Origin: Spirogloea muscicola
Lineage: Eukaryota
DNA: 35,076 nt
Reading direction: 5' to 3'
Assembly (NCBI GenBank): GCA_009602725.1
Contig: WELB01000007.1
Coordinates: 98,295-133,370 of the forward strand
The translations under genes and the position numbers were made by a program. The notes beneath the pieces were generated by a model, which saw only the letters and a program-made list of their open reading frames with translations, did not search any database and was not told the DNA's origin. Of this stretch, positions 14,072-29,158 are shown piece after piece (position 1 is the stretch's first letter; every line of letters begins with the position of its first letter).

Positions 14072-14869
14072 GGCTGCTGCAGCCTCTTGAGCTTCCTACA
14101 CGCAAAGTGTGGGAGATGGCCTGCGCAGGCAAAGTGGCATAATACCAGCCTCATTAGAAATAAACTCCAGACTCGCATGCGAGATCGATGCATCACGACA
14201 GGTCAATCTCGCTCTGTTTATAAGAGTCGTCTTCCTCGCATTATTTTCCGTGTATTAGCTTCACGAGGTTGCGATGAGTCAAGCAAGCAGCGTCACTGAA
14301 CCATATAGCATGTCACGCAGAATCAGACTATCTTCTCTTGCATCGGCCTTTGACAAGATGTTTGCTGCATGTCAGCCCCTCTGTGCAGCTCGAGCTCGCG
14401 GCAGAAGGCATCGCCAGCCATGATCTCGAGTCGCTTATTCTCCTGACATATGAATCTCCTTACTGTGTCCGGAAACGAGGTGTTCAGCGGCAACCGCGGC
14501 AGCCCACCTGCTGCTGCTGCTGCACGCTCTGGCAGCGGACGGCGCGCCAGGCCACTATGGCGGCGGCGCAGCTGCGCGATCCCGCAGGCGCCGCCGCCGC
14601 CGCAGCCGCCGCTTGCTGCGCGCGACCGGCATGGCAGTGACGAGGAGCGCCGCGGCGGCTGGTGGAATATCGGAAGGAAAAAGTGATCCTAACGAACGTG
14701 AAGGACACAAGGCGATGGCTTTGAGATTCTCTATGGGCGAGCACATTCTTTGAGAGGCCAGCCCGCCAAAGAAATGAACGAAGGAGCCGGATTGAAAGGT
14801 TCGATTCGACGTGATCCGAAAGTACAAAGGGAAGCACATCTAGAGACGTACATCATACTGGAAGGGACC

Positions 14870-15600
14870 TTTCTTCTTTCCTTGCACCTTACCCTCTGTT
14901 GTCATAGCCTCTCTAAATGTCACAGCACCTAACGGCCCTTATGATCTTGTCCATTCTTTCTGGGCTGGCTTTTTCACAGCCCCATGTGGATGAGCTTACT
15001 GCTTTTAAGAGGTACTTAGTACCTGGCTTTTTTCTTAAAGAGGACCCATACGAACGCTCACACCCAGCCCAGTGTGCCACCAAGGCTGGGTATGCGGTAG
15101 CCTGCGCCGCTCGGGCCAAGTAGCTCATATACGCGGATCACCCGCACGAAGACGACTTCTTCCCGCTCGCCATTCATACGCATCGGAGGATGGGCGCTCG
15201 GTGGCTCGAGCTGCTCAACCAGCTCTCACGTCACGCCATTGTCCGCCGCTTCCATGGGGAGCCGGTGGACTTCCATGCAGCCGGGTCGCTAGCGCAGGTG
15301 TCCCGCATGCGCTTGGCCGCCTCACTGCAGAGGTCTATGGCCCGCGAGGTGGACCTGCGTGCCAGCAGAGCCCTCGCTGCTGCCTCTGGCTCTGGCCAGG
15401 GGACCCGCTTCCAGGAACCCAGTATCTCTGACCTGAGGCTGCTTAGGAGGGGTTACTGAGTGCTTCGTAGCTGCTTAGTTTCTTTCTGTGCTTGTCTTTC
15501 TTAGTGCTTCCCCTGGCCCCTTCTCGTCCTTTGTTCATTCTTTTTTGGGCTGGCTTTCTCCAGCCCCTACCCTCAATGGGCGAGCCCTTCTTTCTACTTT
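14870..15600 (+). mobile_element. 5'-truncated, pseudogenised RLE-type (CRE-like) non-LTR retrotransposon, preceded by a second tail copy
   Basis: One frame from ~15040 to 15459, with a single in-frame TAG (15121), reads DP..CATKAGYAVACAARAK*LIYADH..FFPLAIHTHRRMGARWLELL..RLAASLQRSMA. This fits the C-terminal restriction-like endonuclease region pattern (AG.AA..A...K..Y..F.P.AvEt.G..G..RLs..LQrgnA), recognised by eye. A pyrimidine-rich 3' tail with hairpins follows. Confidence 0.72.
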
Positions 15601-15833
15601 GCCTGACCATTGTGGTGACACGGCTTGGCCTCCGTTATAGATCACATGCACCGCCGCCAATGATCGCAGAAGAAATGGAACGTGTGTTGAGTGGTGGAGG
15701 GGGCCTAAGTGGCCAAGTACTGAAGGCAAGCACATGAGTGATGGAGGGGGGGAAGAAGTGGAGTGCGGGAGGCCAAGTGGCAGCTGGTGCCACGTGGTGT
15801 AAAGGATATGCGCTCAGCCCATCTGCTAGCGAA

Positions 15834-16030
15834 AGGCGCCCACGTGGGCGCCTCTGTGGCGCCTTCAGGGGGCCGTGACGTCAGGAAGATGGGTCAGCTT
15901 CAACGCCCGGCCTGACTCGTGACGTCCCGCTTCCTTACGTGGGCGCCTCTGGCGAGTGAAAGAGGACCGTGACGTCAGGCAGGGTGCGTCAGATTCAACG
16001 CCCGGCCTGACTCTTGACGTCACGCTTTCT
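15834..16030. repeat. Two ~95 bp direct repeats rich in TGACGTCA / CACGTG, starting with a perfect 20 bp palindrome
   Basis: Units start at 15842 and 15937 (ACGTGGGCGCCTCT..CCGTGACGTCAGG..TTCAACGCCCGGCCTGACTC.TGACGTC). The palindrome AGGCGCCCACGTGGGCGCCT spans 15834-15853. Confidence 0.9.
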
Positions 16031-17258
16031 AACAGGGTCGCCAAAGGTCAAGCCTTGATTAAGTCAATACAGTTAGGCGCTTAAACAGGGTCGTAGAGTC
16101 AAGGCCTGGTTTCAGCCGGGGACTGACTGGAGAACGTCTTGCTTGCACCTAAGACCCGACCGCATGGTTGCCAGGTTGTGGGTGCGTTTCAGCACCCTGC
16201 AGGACGTTGCCAGAAACCCAGCCTGTTTGGTCAAAACGCACCCGTCGGAGCTTTAAAGGTCTTGACAGGACGACGCTTCTCCGCCCTCTAGTCTTACTCC
16301 GATCTGCAACGCTGACTAGAAATCATTGAGCGTCCATTTGCTGGTGTTGCGTAAAGTTGTTTTGTGCATTTTGCCCTACGGGCCCTTTCAGACCTTGTTC
16401 ATTATGTTGGCCTGGCCTCTCACGGCATTGCCTTACATTGGAGGAGCTATGCTATAAATTTCTTTTGGCAGGTGGCATGGAGCCGCCCACGTAGGAGATT
16501 AGCGAGCGTCGGGCAATCAGTCCAGGCAGTCTGAACTCTCTTGCAACATAGCAGCTCGATGTCGAGGGTGAAGGACAATGTCCTGGTAAGTGGGTATGAC
16601 CAAGCAACCTGTCCTACCTCCCGAGCTCTAATTCGAAAAAGCACGATGATCCGACAAACAGCTGAGCATGGCGCTTAGCAGTGCTGTTGCCATGTGGGAT
16701 GTACATAAGATCTAAGGGTTCCAGTGAGGCATGACTTGCCGTTTGCCCTCGACTGATTGTTGACGGGCCTGCGATTCAACCATGCTGAGTGTCACCAGAA
16801 GCTATACACAGTAGTGTTGCCTACCCGGAGAGCATACTGGCGGACCTGGTGCTAAACAGTGCACTTACGTGGACATGTGAACTTGCAGGAGGGTACATTG
16901 ATGGTCTTTGAACGTTCTGTCAGGTAACCTTGCTCATTTGTTACAATGAACGCAAGAATATGTACAATTAGTGCCTCCCAACCTCATGGTTTGAGGCCGC
17001 TTGACAATGTCATAAAGTGGAGATTCTACTACCCCAACACTCACTCCAACATCTGGAGTTGCATATTGACCAAGTAGAAAATCTCATAGAAGTAAATAAG
17101 AGAAGTTGAGGCTAGACTATTCCTCAGGAGGGCCAGAAGATATGGGGCAATAAGGATGGCATGAAGTATTGTCGTGCTATTCGGGGCAGCGGCGTTTATA
17201 GACATCCATCATGCTATTCTCTGGGCTGGTTCTCTTTGCCACGCAGAATGCTGAGACG

Positions 17259-20284
<3,026 letters not shown>

Positions 20285-20404
20285 GGCAGCGGGGGGCGGG
20301 GGGGATGGAGTGGGGGGGGCTTCCTTGGCTGTCGAGAAGTTGTCGGGGGAGGAAGGACCTAGGCCCCAGGCCCAGGCCCTGCTAGAAGGGAAATGGAGTG
20401 TGTA

Positions 20405-20480
20405 TTAAATGATGAAAGAAATAAGGAAAGGGGCTCGTCCTCTAGAGGGCGATGGCTGTGAGTGGCAAGCTTGGAAAGCG
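20405..20480 (-). mobile_element. Degenerate retroelement 3'-tail remnant
   Basis: The minus strand reads TCACAGCCATCGCCCTCTAGAGGACGAGCCCCTTTCCTTATTTCTTT. It has a 19-nt identity with 1110-1128 and a CGAGCCC-pyrimidine run like that at 15580-15600. Confidence 0.45.
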
Positions 20481-21708
20481 AGGCTACATGGCACGAAGCC
20501 CCATCCAAAGGTCGCTAAATAGAAAGAAGAAAGAAAGGATGAGAAGATTAATTTTCTAATTTTTCTCACTTTTCTTCTCAGTCTAGTTATTTGTTCCAGA
20601 TGATGGAATAGCTTACCCGAAAGGGGGCGAAGGTTCTCCCCAGCAGGGCGCGGCCCTGGAAACCGGGAGGTGCTTTCCAGGAGCCTGGGGGGTGGGGACC
20701 AACTCCGTCGCCTAATGCAGGCGCCGGTCGGAGCCCAAATGGTAGCACTTACCAGGGAGGCGCTATTGGCGCTCCATTCCCCCGGCCCCACGGCTGTCGG
20801 CTGGTCGTCCTGACAGGCCGCCCAGGTCCATGTGGGCGGCTCCGCCAATGATGTGGCAGCGCAGCCCGCCGCTGACGCCAGCGGCGCTGAGCTACTGGCT
20901 AAGCGGCAGTAAAAACGACCCAGTGACGCAAGCGCGCGTCAGCCCGGTCAGGTGGGTCCAGGTGGCCGTGCATGATAGCCAAATATCGGTTGTTCTATCA
21001 CTTGGACAGATGTGTTGTGCTTCGACATCTTGTGTTGTACTTCAGACAGCACTCCCGTGTTCCACAGAGAACTAGTCTGGCCTCAATTGCAATCACGGAG
21101 TAGACCCAATTTACCTTTCTTCCTCTTTCTTCCTATCTTGTACCAACCATGCTTGCTGGGCCACCTAGGGACGACTTATATGGCGCCATGTCCACGCAAG
21201 CCCACCTATTTGCGCCATGAGCGCCTCCAAATGCCGCTGCCTCCACCTCTCTCATTGTCACAGGCGTTTAAGCGCCGGACTGTCTGCTTAGCAGTATTCA
21301 ACAGCAGAGCTGCCTGTGTATGAATATCTGAGCACCTGTGGACCAACTTAAACGCTGCGCCTTGAGATGCTAAACATTTGTGCCTGAAGTATAGTCATGA
21401 CGAGCCTCGCCACATGGCACCCTCAACCAATATCCCTTCGGGTCAACAACCCCCGTGCTTGCATAAGCTGTCATATCGACTACTCAGTAAGGATGAGGCA
21501 AAGTGAGCAAGTGGCCTGAACAATTTGCAGGCGGAGAGATGACAATTACTTCGACATGTGCTTAAGCCAAGGCTCTTGCAAGCAAGTTCGATGCCCTTGA
21601 AGGAGCAAGAGGAGGTTATCGGGTGTGCGAAGAGCCTAAGCGTAGAGACAAAGCCTTGGAAACGGCTTGTTCACATGCTGCATTGCCAACACCTGCACAG
21701 ACCTCCTG

Positions 21709-24700
21709 CTATAAATGCTGCGGGAAATTGGACACCTGTCCTTGCTCAAGCACGTCTTGACCAAGAGCCTTGTATGCTATTCTCAACTTCATCACAAGGG
21801 CTTTCTGCACGGACGAGGGAACAGCCATCAGCATATGTACGTATATATATGCACACAAAGCTTGCCCTTGACAATGCGACAAGGCACACAAAACAGATGG
21901 TTGAGAGTGTCCAGACTGCCAAGCTCAAAGACATCCATCATAGATACACTGAATTCCAGTTCCAAGATTTGTTTGGTATGAAGGATGTCGGTTACCACCT
22001 GGCCATGGAGGCTGTTAGTCACTACCATGTCTTGTGTGACTGAGCCACTGTTAGCCGGTAACATGCTGGCGGATGCAGGCTCCAAGCGGAGTTGCATAAA
22101 CTGCTCAAGCATCAGAAGCAATAAAGTGCATGTGAGAGATTGCATGCTTTCTTCCACCCACACACAAGCCTTGCTCCCTCCTTGCAAGATATCACTTTCT
22201 CAGATTCACACGCAACTAGCATATCCTTAGTCTGGTTCTTCACAGCCTCTCGACTTGTTGCTGGCTATTCGATTTATATCTTGCTGGCTGAGCTCTGAAG
22301 TAGTTGAGTGAACAAGTAGCAAAGCAGTGGCTCAAAGCATGGCTGATAATATGTGCCACTTATGTGTAGAGATTGTTGGATACCTTGGGCACGGCAGCTT
22401 GGAAGACGAAATCATTGAGGGGGTCCGAGGTGTTGTTGAAGAAGGTGGCATGAATGTGGGTGACTTGAGCATTGCTGTTATCCTTTCTAAGGTCGAATAA
22501 AATCTTGAGCTTTGCGCTCTGAAAAGCCACAGTGGAGGGGATGGCTGCACACACATGCAACGTACACAGATAAGAGCCCTGTCCCAAAGCTTTATGACCT
22601 TGGACTGCAAGCTGGACAAAGATGACAAGCATTAATAGATTCATTTTTGTGCCATGCATACCACTACCACATGTACACATCTCAACCTACCATTTCTCAA
22701 GAGATGCATATCCCAGTAAGCAATGCCTGGTGATAATTCTCACAGCAAGGGTCAGGCACGACAGACCAATGCGATACATTGTGATTTGATATCATTTGGC
22801 ACGTGTCTTACCTGGAGCGCTAGCCACAGGTGATTGTATGTGTAAAGAGCCAAATGAATCGACAGGAGTAGGTGGCAGGGGAGAGGTGGAAGTCTCTGCT
22901 GGGGAAGAAGTGCCTAGAAGGAGATTGAAAGGGTCTGAGACAGTCGATGCCGAGGCGGCTGAGGCAGTAGGAGCAGTGGAAGGTGTGTCGCCGAGAGAGA
23001 GCAAGTCTAAAAGAGCGTCTACACCACTTGTACCTGCATATCATGGATGACAAGATCAGCTCTGCTAAATTTACCAAAGGTGGCACACAAATTACTGGTC
23101 GATAGCCCTGATCGCACATTGTTCACAACATGAATACTGGAGTGTTGATATTACCACAACCATATCTATGTTGCAGGTAGGAGATGGACAATGCATGGTA
23201 GAAAGTTCATGCCAGACTTCTCCGCCCTTATGACAATAACACACTGAAGATGGGCAAGCAGCAAGAAGTAGCTCATTGAAACCATTGAAGAGACGAAGAC
23301 ATGTGTGACATAAGCAATACCACTTGAACTTGTAGGAGGAGCTCCAAGCATGTCAAGAAGGCCATTCTGTGCTTGAGAGGAAGAGCTTGGTTGTGATGCA
23401 GCACCATCGTCCACACTGAAGTCCAGCAGGTCTGCAAGCATTGGCTGTACTGGTGCTTTGATGCCGTTTGGTTGCACATTTGACCTGGCATCAACTTGGA
23501 GCAATTGTGAGGATCAAGCGGGCTGCGACGGCCATCCAGAAAAACAGCACGAATGATCTGCATCAAGCTGCAGGGCATTTTCAAGACAATTACACAGCAA
23601 GGTCTTTCCTGTGAGCACGTTTCAATCGTATATTATATTCATTGGCCAAGTAATTGCAGATGAGGTGTAATTCCACAAGCAGACTTGTGAAGCTCACCTG
23701 GACTGTGAGTCTGCCTTGGTGACATCAACAGCTAAGCCTGTCTCAACCTGCTGCTTTGTCAAGTAGGTAGCCTCATCTAACGCTGGCATCTTCTCCATGA
23801 GAGCAGTCCTGTCAAGGGGAGTGGCAAATGGAAGGGTGCCTCAAGTGGTCATCATGGAGGAAATCCAGAAATAAGATTGTCTCCACAAGACCCTCTATAA
23901 GGCATCAACTAAATCAGAGCAAGGTTCATACTACGTCAACGTGATACTGACCTGAGCTTACTATGCCTAGCCAGTATCGTGCTAAACTCGACTGCCCTTT
24001 GTTGAAGCTCCAGCTGAAGGCTGCTTCTGTGCTGCTCAATCAAGTCCTTGACTCTTCTGGAGTCACAGTACAATGGAGCTTGTGAGAACTCTTGAGTTGG
24101 ATGTCATTAAACGCCATATCATGCTCCTCAGCTGGCCTGTGCAAGAAGCACCATTGCAGGCTAATCTAACTTCATGATAGCTAGAAGTGGAAGTGGCAGA
24201 ATTTCCTGCCGGTCTAGTAGCTGAGATTATGCAAGGCAGAGTTAGAAGTGGTGAGGAGTTACCCTGAACAAGACGGGAACCTGGAGGACAACTTTAGCAG
24301 CGCAACAAGAGCATAGGCTCGAGCAGCTGGCGAAGACCGTTGGTCTGCTAGCACGCTCTCCAGAACGTCAGTTGCGTCTGCCTCAGTGACCTGCAACAAA
24401 TGAGCAACTCCACTAATTTGGGAAACATTCTGTAGCTGCTATTAAAAGTATTGGCGTAGGCAATGCGTACATAGCCATCCTGGAGCTGCTGCTTGTGAAG
24501 TCGGGTTGTTTTGAGAGTATACCGTCATAACTTCTTCGCCCTCAAGCTCATCAGTTGGTTTCACGAGTAGTTCCCCGTACTCGCCAATACACCAGACAGT
24601 AAGCTGTGCCAAGCTTTCCTGCATGCAAATGTAACCCATTTACATTATGCTCAGCGCCACTGAATCTGTTGATTACTGACAATGCTTTTCTCAGAAACTG

Positions 24701-27518
24701 CGATCTTGACATGCTAGCCAGGATCATGCTATATGACACTGGCCGTACAAAGTACTGCACGTATTGTCGACCTCGTCTGACAAGCAGGAGCAGGAGAACT
24801 ACCTGGCCCTGCCAGCTCTGGAATGCTCGATAGACGAGTCGCACAGTATACCCATGGAGCTCAGGTGCATTCATAATAAGAACAATGAGGGATCGTACAA
24901 AGTCCTCCCCAACATACTGTCCAGCCTGCAGGTCAGGTACAAGCGTAGAAGACACTTAAGACATATCTCCTAGACTTTCTGTAGGAGCTCTTGGGGATGC
25001 TGGTCAGCAGACCGCCTCTGACTATTCTATAAGACTTGCTGGAACTCAGACCAAGGCAAGGACTCTACCCATCAGTATAGGCTGCACGATGTGAACAATG
25101 TAAGACTACATTACCTCAACCATGACTTTGACAAGAATGTCCAGGTGCCACCGCTTGTTTGGTGAGAACCTGGACATGGTGCATGTGGACAGCGCCATCA
25201 GCATGTAAGCAATGAATACAATCGTATTGGCTCTCAGCAGCAAACAAGCCCATCACAAAGACCTGAACTCGAGTCACCTCCCACAAGGACAGGGCTTCAC
25301 TTTGACGGACCTCTGGACCAGCAAGCAGATCTTGGCTGTGAGATCTGGCTTGAACTCTGGCGCACTGATTTTCAGGTACTCCAGAAGCTCCTTAGTAGAT
25401 GCCTTCACATTGTTCTCATTGACCAGGGCATAAACAAGCTCAAGAGCCCGTCGCTGAATAGACACATCAGAGTCCTGCACGATAGCAATCAAAATGGGCA
25501 TCAGTTTGTTCTGGCTTGCTTCATGAGCTGCAATGCAAGTTCAGCTCCTGCCCACTGACTTATGGATCCCAAAGAGAGGTGCTGAGTGTGGATGTAAAAA
25601 GCTGGACCTTGATGCACTCGAGGATGGTATTGCGATGTCTTTGCACAGCTTGCGTGTCCACCGCAACTACCTTGACGAGCATGTTGAGTGCCACATACCT
25701 GTCCAAGCCACGTCGTGTTGTTCAGTACACAGAGAGATTGCTAATTAGCTGAGAACCCCAAAGGGAGCACAACGCGAGTACCGGCCTGACAAACTCCTGC
25801 CTTCAAGCACACCTTATATTGTTGTCGCGGTTTGCAAGAAAGCGGCCCAGAATGTTGATAGCGAGCACGCGCAAGCCACCGATAGCTTCAACAGCCATGA
25901 TGGTTTGCACGCATTCATAGAGGATGGCGTTGCCAGCATTCTTGTTCGACTCTGTGTTTGTAGCGACCTGGCCACAGCGACCTTTATCAGACCACTGCCG
26001 CCTAGAATGCACTCGCTTGACTGGGTGAGCTGCGTGAGCTTGCATGTACGTGCTACAACTTCCAGACTGTCAGGTTCTTCCACAACCTGACGTAAGCACC
26101 AGCCGCAGCCTGATATACAGGAGCATGCAGTCAAACAGGGGTGACTTGAGTGCATGATTGCCCAAGCTTGCCTGTGCAAGGACGTCACTCATGATGTCGC
26201 TAGCGTCCGGGTCGTTCCTCCCAAGCAGACGAAGCAGGCGCAGAATGAGAATCTGCAGGAACGGGTCAGTGACGCCGCCAACATCGTACTCGGGGGCGTA
26301 GCCGCTGATCACCAGGTTCTTCAGGATGCGCACCAGCGCAGGTGTTTGCTGCATGAAAACATTGCAAGTGTGTCGGTGCCTGTGATTGCCATGCGTGCAC
26401 ACGCTTCGACCCCTCGGCCATAAAGCTCGAGAAGCTATCACTGAGCATCTCAGAAGTCCGATGCCTAGTGCATGGAGAGGTGCAGGGTGCCTGTAGACTG
26501 TGATGCTCCGACCAGCCTTGAGCTCACCCTGCGGAAGAGGTCGAGTGCGCTGGCGGATACCAAGCACAGCTCCGTCACGAGCTTGACTCCAGAGATGAGC
26601 ACTCCGTGGTGCTTGTCGATCAAGAGGCCAGAGGCAGGGCCCACAAGGTTCTCAACCAGCTCGGGGACCTTCCGGACGAGCCGCACAGAGCAGAGGGCCG
26701 CCTGCAACCAGGTGATGCAGTCAGCTAAGCCCACAAGCTGCGGACAGCTCATGTCGCACCGAAAGCTGCCCCCAGTGCACCCCATGATTTTGCACAAGCT
26801 GGCTGCCAAAGAGAATATGGGGTGGAGGCATCAGTTGGTTAGGAAAGGACTGCTGTTATTGAAACTGCAGTCGACGCCTGTGAGGAAGTCAGCACCTTCT
26901 TGCGGATGTACGAGTTGTTGCTGCTGAGCAGCCGCTCGATCTCGGGGGCGAGATCGCGCGACATCTCCGCCGAGCCGATGTTGCCGAGCGCGCACAGTGC
27001 CAGGCCCACAATGTACTGGTTGCTGTGGTTGTTGAGGTCGCTGTCCCACGCCGCACGACAGAAAGTGAGCGCCAACGTCGTCAGGCCACAGCACGGGCTC
27101 CGCCAAGCCAGAGGCGGTGAAGGCGACTCCGAGCATGGCGACCGACATTGCGCATCGCTCAGGCTCGCTCGAAGCAGATCAGAGCGCGGCGATGCGGCAA
27201 TTGCGCATCTACGGGATTTGAACCGGTGACCTTCAATTTGAGATCACAGGCTCTTGGATTGTGGGCCAGGCCAATGCCGCCATGAGAGGTGGCGGCGCCT
27301 CACTTCTTGAGGGAGTTGGTGACGAGCATGAGGACCTCCTGGCGCTCGTCGAGGAGCAGCATGAGGCCGAGGTAGCCGACGCGCTTCTCCGGGAAGCCGC
27401 CGCCGGCGACGAGCTTGAGGCACTCCATCTGGCCAAAGTGCGTCGGGTAGCCCAGCATGTGCACGAACATGAGCTTGGCGACGTTGCGGTGGCGGTGGTC
27501 CGCCGCGGCGCCGCCGCC
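21709..27518 (-). CDS. AP1G: AP-1 complex subunit gamma (gamma-adaptin); start probably within the N gap 27519-27705
   Basis: [58 protein letters not shown]/..[19 protein letters not shown]/..[34 protein letters not shown]/..[10 protein letters not shown]/ low-complexity hinge with LLD motifs / ear domain ..[20 protein letters not shown]../[23 protein letters not shown]. Confidence 0.97.
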
Positions 27519-27895
27519 NNNNNNNNNNNNNNNNNNNNNNNNNNNNNNNNNNNNNNNNNNNNNNNNNNNNNNNNNNNNNNNNNNNNNNNNNNNNNNNNNN
27601 NNNNNNNNNNNNNNNNNNNNNNNNNNNNNNNNNNNNNNNNNNNNNNNNNNNNNNNNNNNNNNNNNNNNNNNNNNNNNNNNNNNNNNNNNNNNNNNNNNNN
27701 NNNNNNCGCCGGCGGGGCCGCGCGCGGCGCCCGCGGACCCTTGCCGCGTGCAGGGGCGCTTGGTGCAGATCGCGACTGTTCCAAAAGTCCCGGTCGTCGC
27801 CCACGCCGGCGAGGGGCGGCGCAGCGGCAGCCGCCGCTGGCGCCGCCGCCTACGCAGAGCGCCGCGCGCCGCTTCACTCCGGCTCGAACCTCGCA

Positions 27896-28250
27896 CCTTA
27901 AACCTGAAAATCCTGAACCTTAAACCTCAAACCTTCCTCCTCCAAATTCTCCTCTTCTGCGGGCGCCTCTTGGGTGCCCGTTTCCACTCCTCCCCACTCC
28001 TCTCACGCTCCTCTCTGAGCCCTCCCTCTGTCCCTACCTCCCTCCCTCCCTCCCTCCCTCCCCCTTCCTTCCTCCCTCACTCCATCCTCGTCTCTCTCCC
28101 CGCCTCTCTCCCACCCCATTCCAGCAATCACCTCCGTCGCCCACCTTTCCCATCTCCTTTCCTTTGGTGTGCTCCGCACTATCCCTCTTCCACCCTGCGC
28201 TCCCCTCTCAGGAAACCAAGGCCAAGGCCTCCCCGCCGTCTGCCGCCCGG
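27896..28250. promoter_or_regulatory. Probable bidirectional promoter/5' UTR region between AP1G and DIM1: degenerate telomere-like heptamers and a long pyrimidine tract
   Basis: The genes are head-to-head. CCTTAAA-CCTGAAA-..CCTGAA-CCTTAAA-CCTCAAA lies at 27896-27933, and a C/T-rich tract spans ~27935-28200. Confidence 0.45.
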
Positions 28251-28252
28251 AA

Positions 28253-29158
28253 ATGTCGTACCTGCTGCCGCATCTGCACTCCGGCTGGGCCGTGGACCAG
28301 GCCATCCTCAGCGAGGAGGAGCGCGTCGTCGTCCTCCGCTTCGGCCACGACTGGGACGAGACCTGCATGCAGGTTACGACGATCTCCCTCTCTACGGACC
28401 CTTTGCAAACCTCCAATACCCACAACCTCAGACCTGAACCCTAAACCCTGCCTCACTGCCAGCCCAAGCGCCGCAGCCCCCGCTGCCGGAGCTGCCGCTT
28501 ATTGCCGCTGCCAGCAAGTGGACGCTGCTGCAGTTCGGAGTCTGCCTGTCCAGAAGTCTGAGCCTCGCCGCCGCTGCCATGAAAGTCCAGGAGGGGGATA
28601 TTTGTTGAAGTCAAAAGTCTTGTCCCTGTAGCCGAGGCCTTGGCTTGATGGTACTCAGATGGGCAACCCCTTTGCCTTCCACATGTGCCCATATCCTAAC
28701 TATCAGATATGAGCCCCATAACCGCATCCTATCAAAGACTAGAGTTGAGAATTCCTGTACCCAGTTTGTAAGCGAGTGGCTAGCACTTGACAGCCCCTGC
28801 GTAGAGTCCAACATGCCGCGCTACAATGTGGGGCGCCATTCTCTTGCAGATGGACGAGGTCCTGGCCCAGGTCGCAGAGACGATCAAGAACTTTGCCGTC
28901 GTCTACCTCGTGGACATTGGCGAGGTGCCTGACTTCAACACAATGTACGAGCTCTACGATCCCTGCACCGTCATGTTCTTCTTCCGCAACAAGCACATCA
29001 TGATCGACCTTGGCACCGGTAACAACAACAAGATCAACTGGGCGCTCAAGGACAAGCAGGAGTTCATCGACATTGTGGAGACGGTGTACCGTGGCGCGCG
29101 CAAGGGCCGTGGCCTCGTTGTCTCACCCAAAGACTACTCCACCAAATACCGGTACTGA
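28253..29158 (+). CDS. DIM1: U5 snRNP thioredoxin-like protein DIM1 / TXNL4A / YLS8 (2 exons)
   Basis: Exons 28253-28372 and 28850-29158: MSYLLPHLHSGWAVDQAILSEEERVVVLRFGHDWDETCMQ/MDEVLA..VPDFNTMYELYDPCTVMFFFRNKHIMIDLGTGNNNKINWA..GARKGRGLVVSPKDYSTKYRY*. Confidence 0.98.

Noticed and set aside
14480..14690. GC-rich patch with small Ala-rich ORFs upstream of OYE copy 1
   Set aside because: Low-complexity GCC/GCT runs, no recognisable product and no convincing splice structure.
15540..15600. HDV-like or hammerhead ribozyme in the retroelement hairpins
   Set aside because: I could not find the nested pseudoknot pairings or catalytic core consensus, and the motifs are at the 3' rather than the 5' end of the element.
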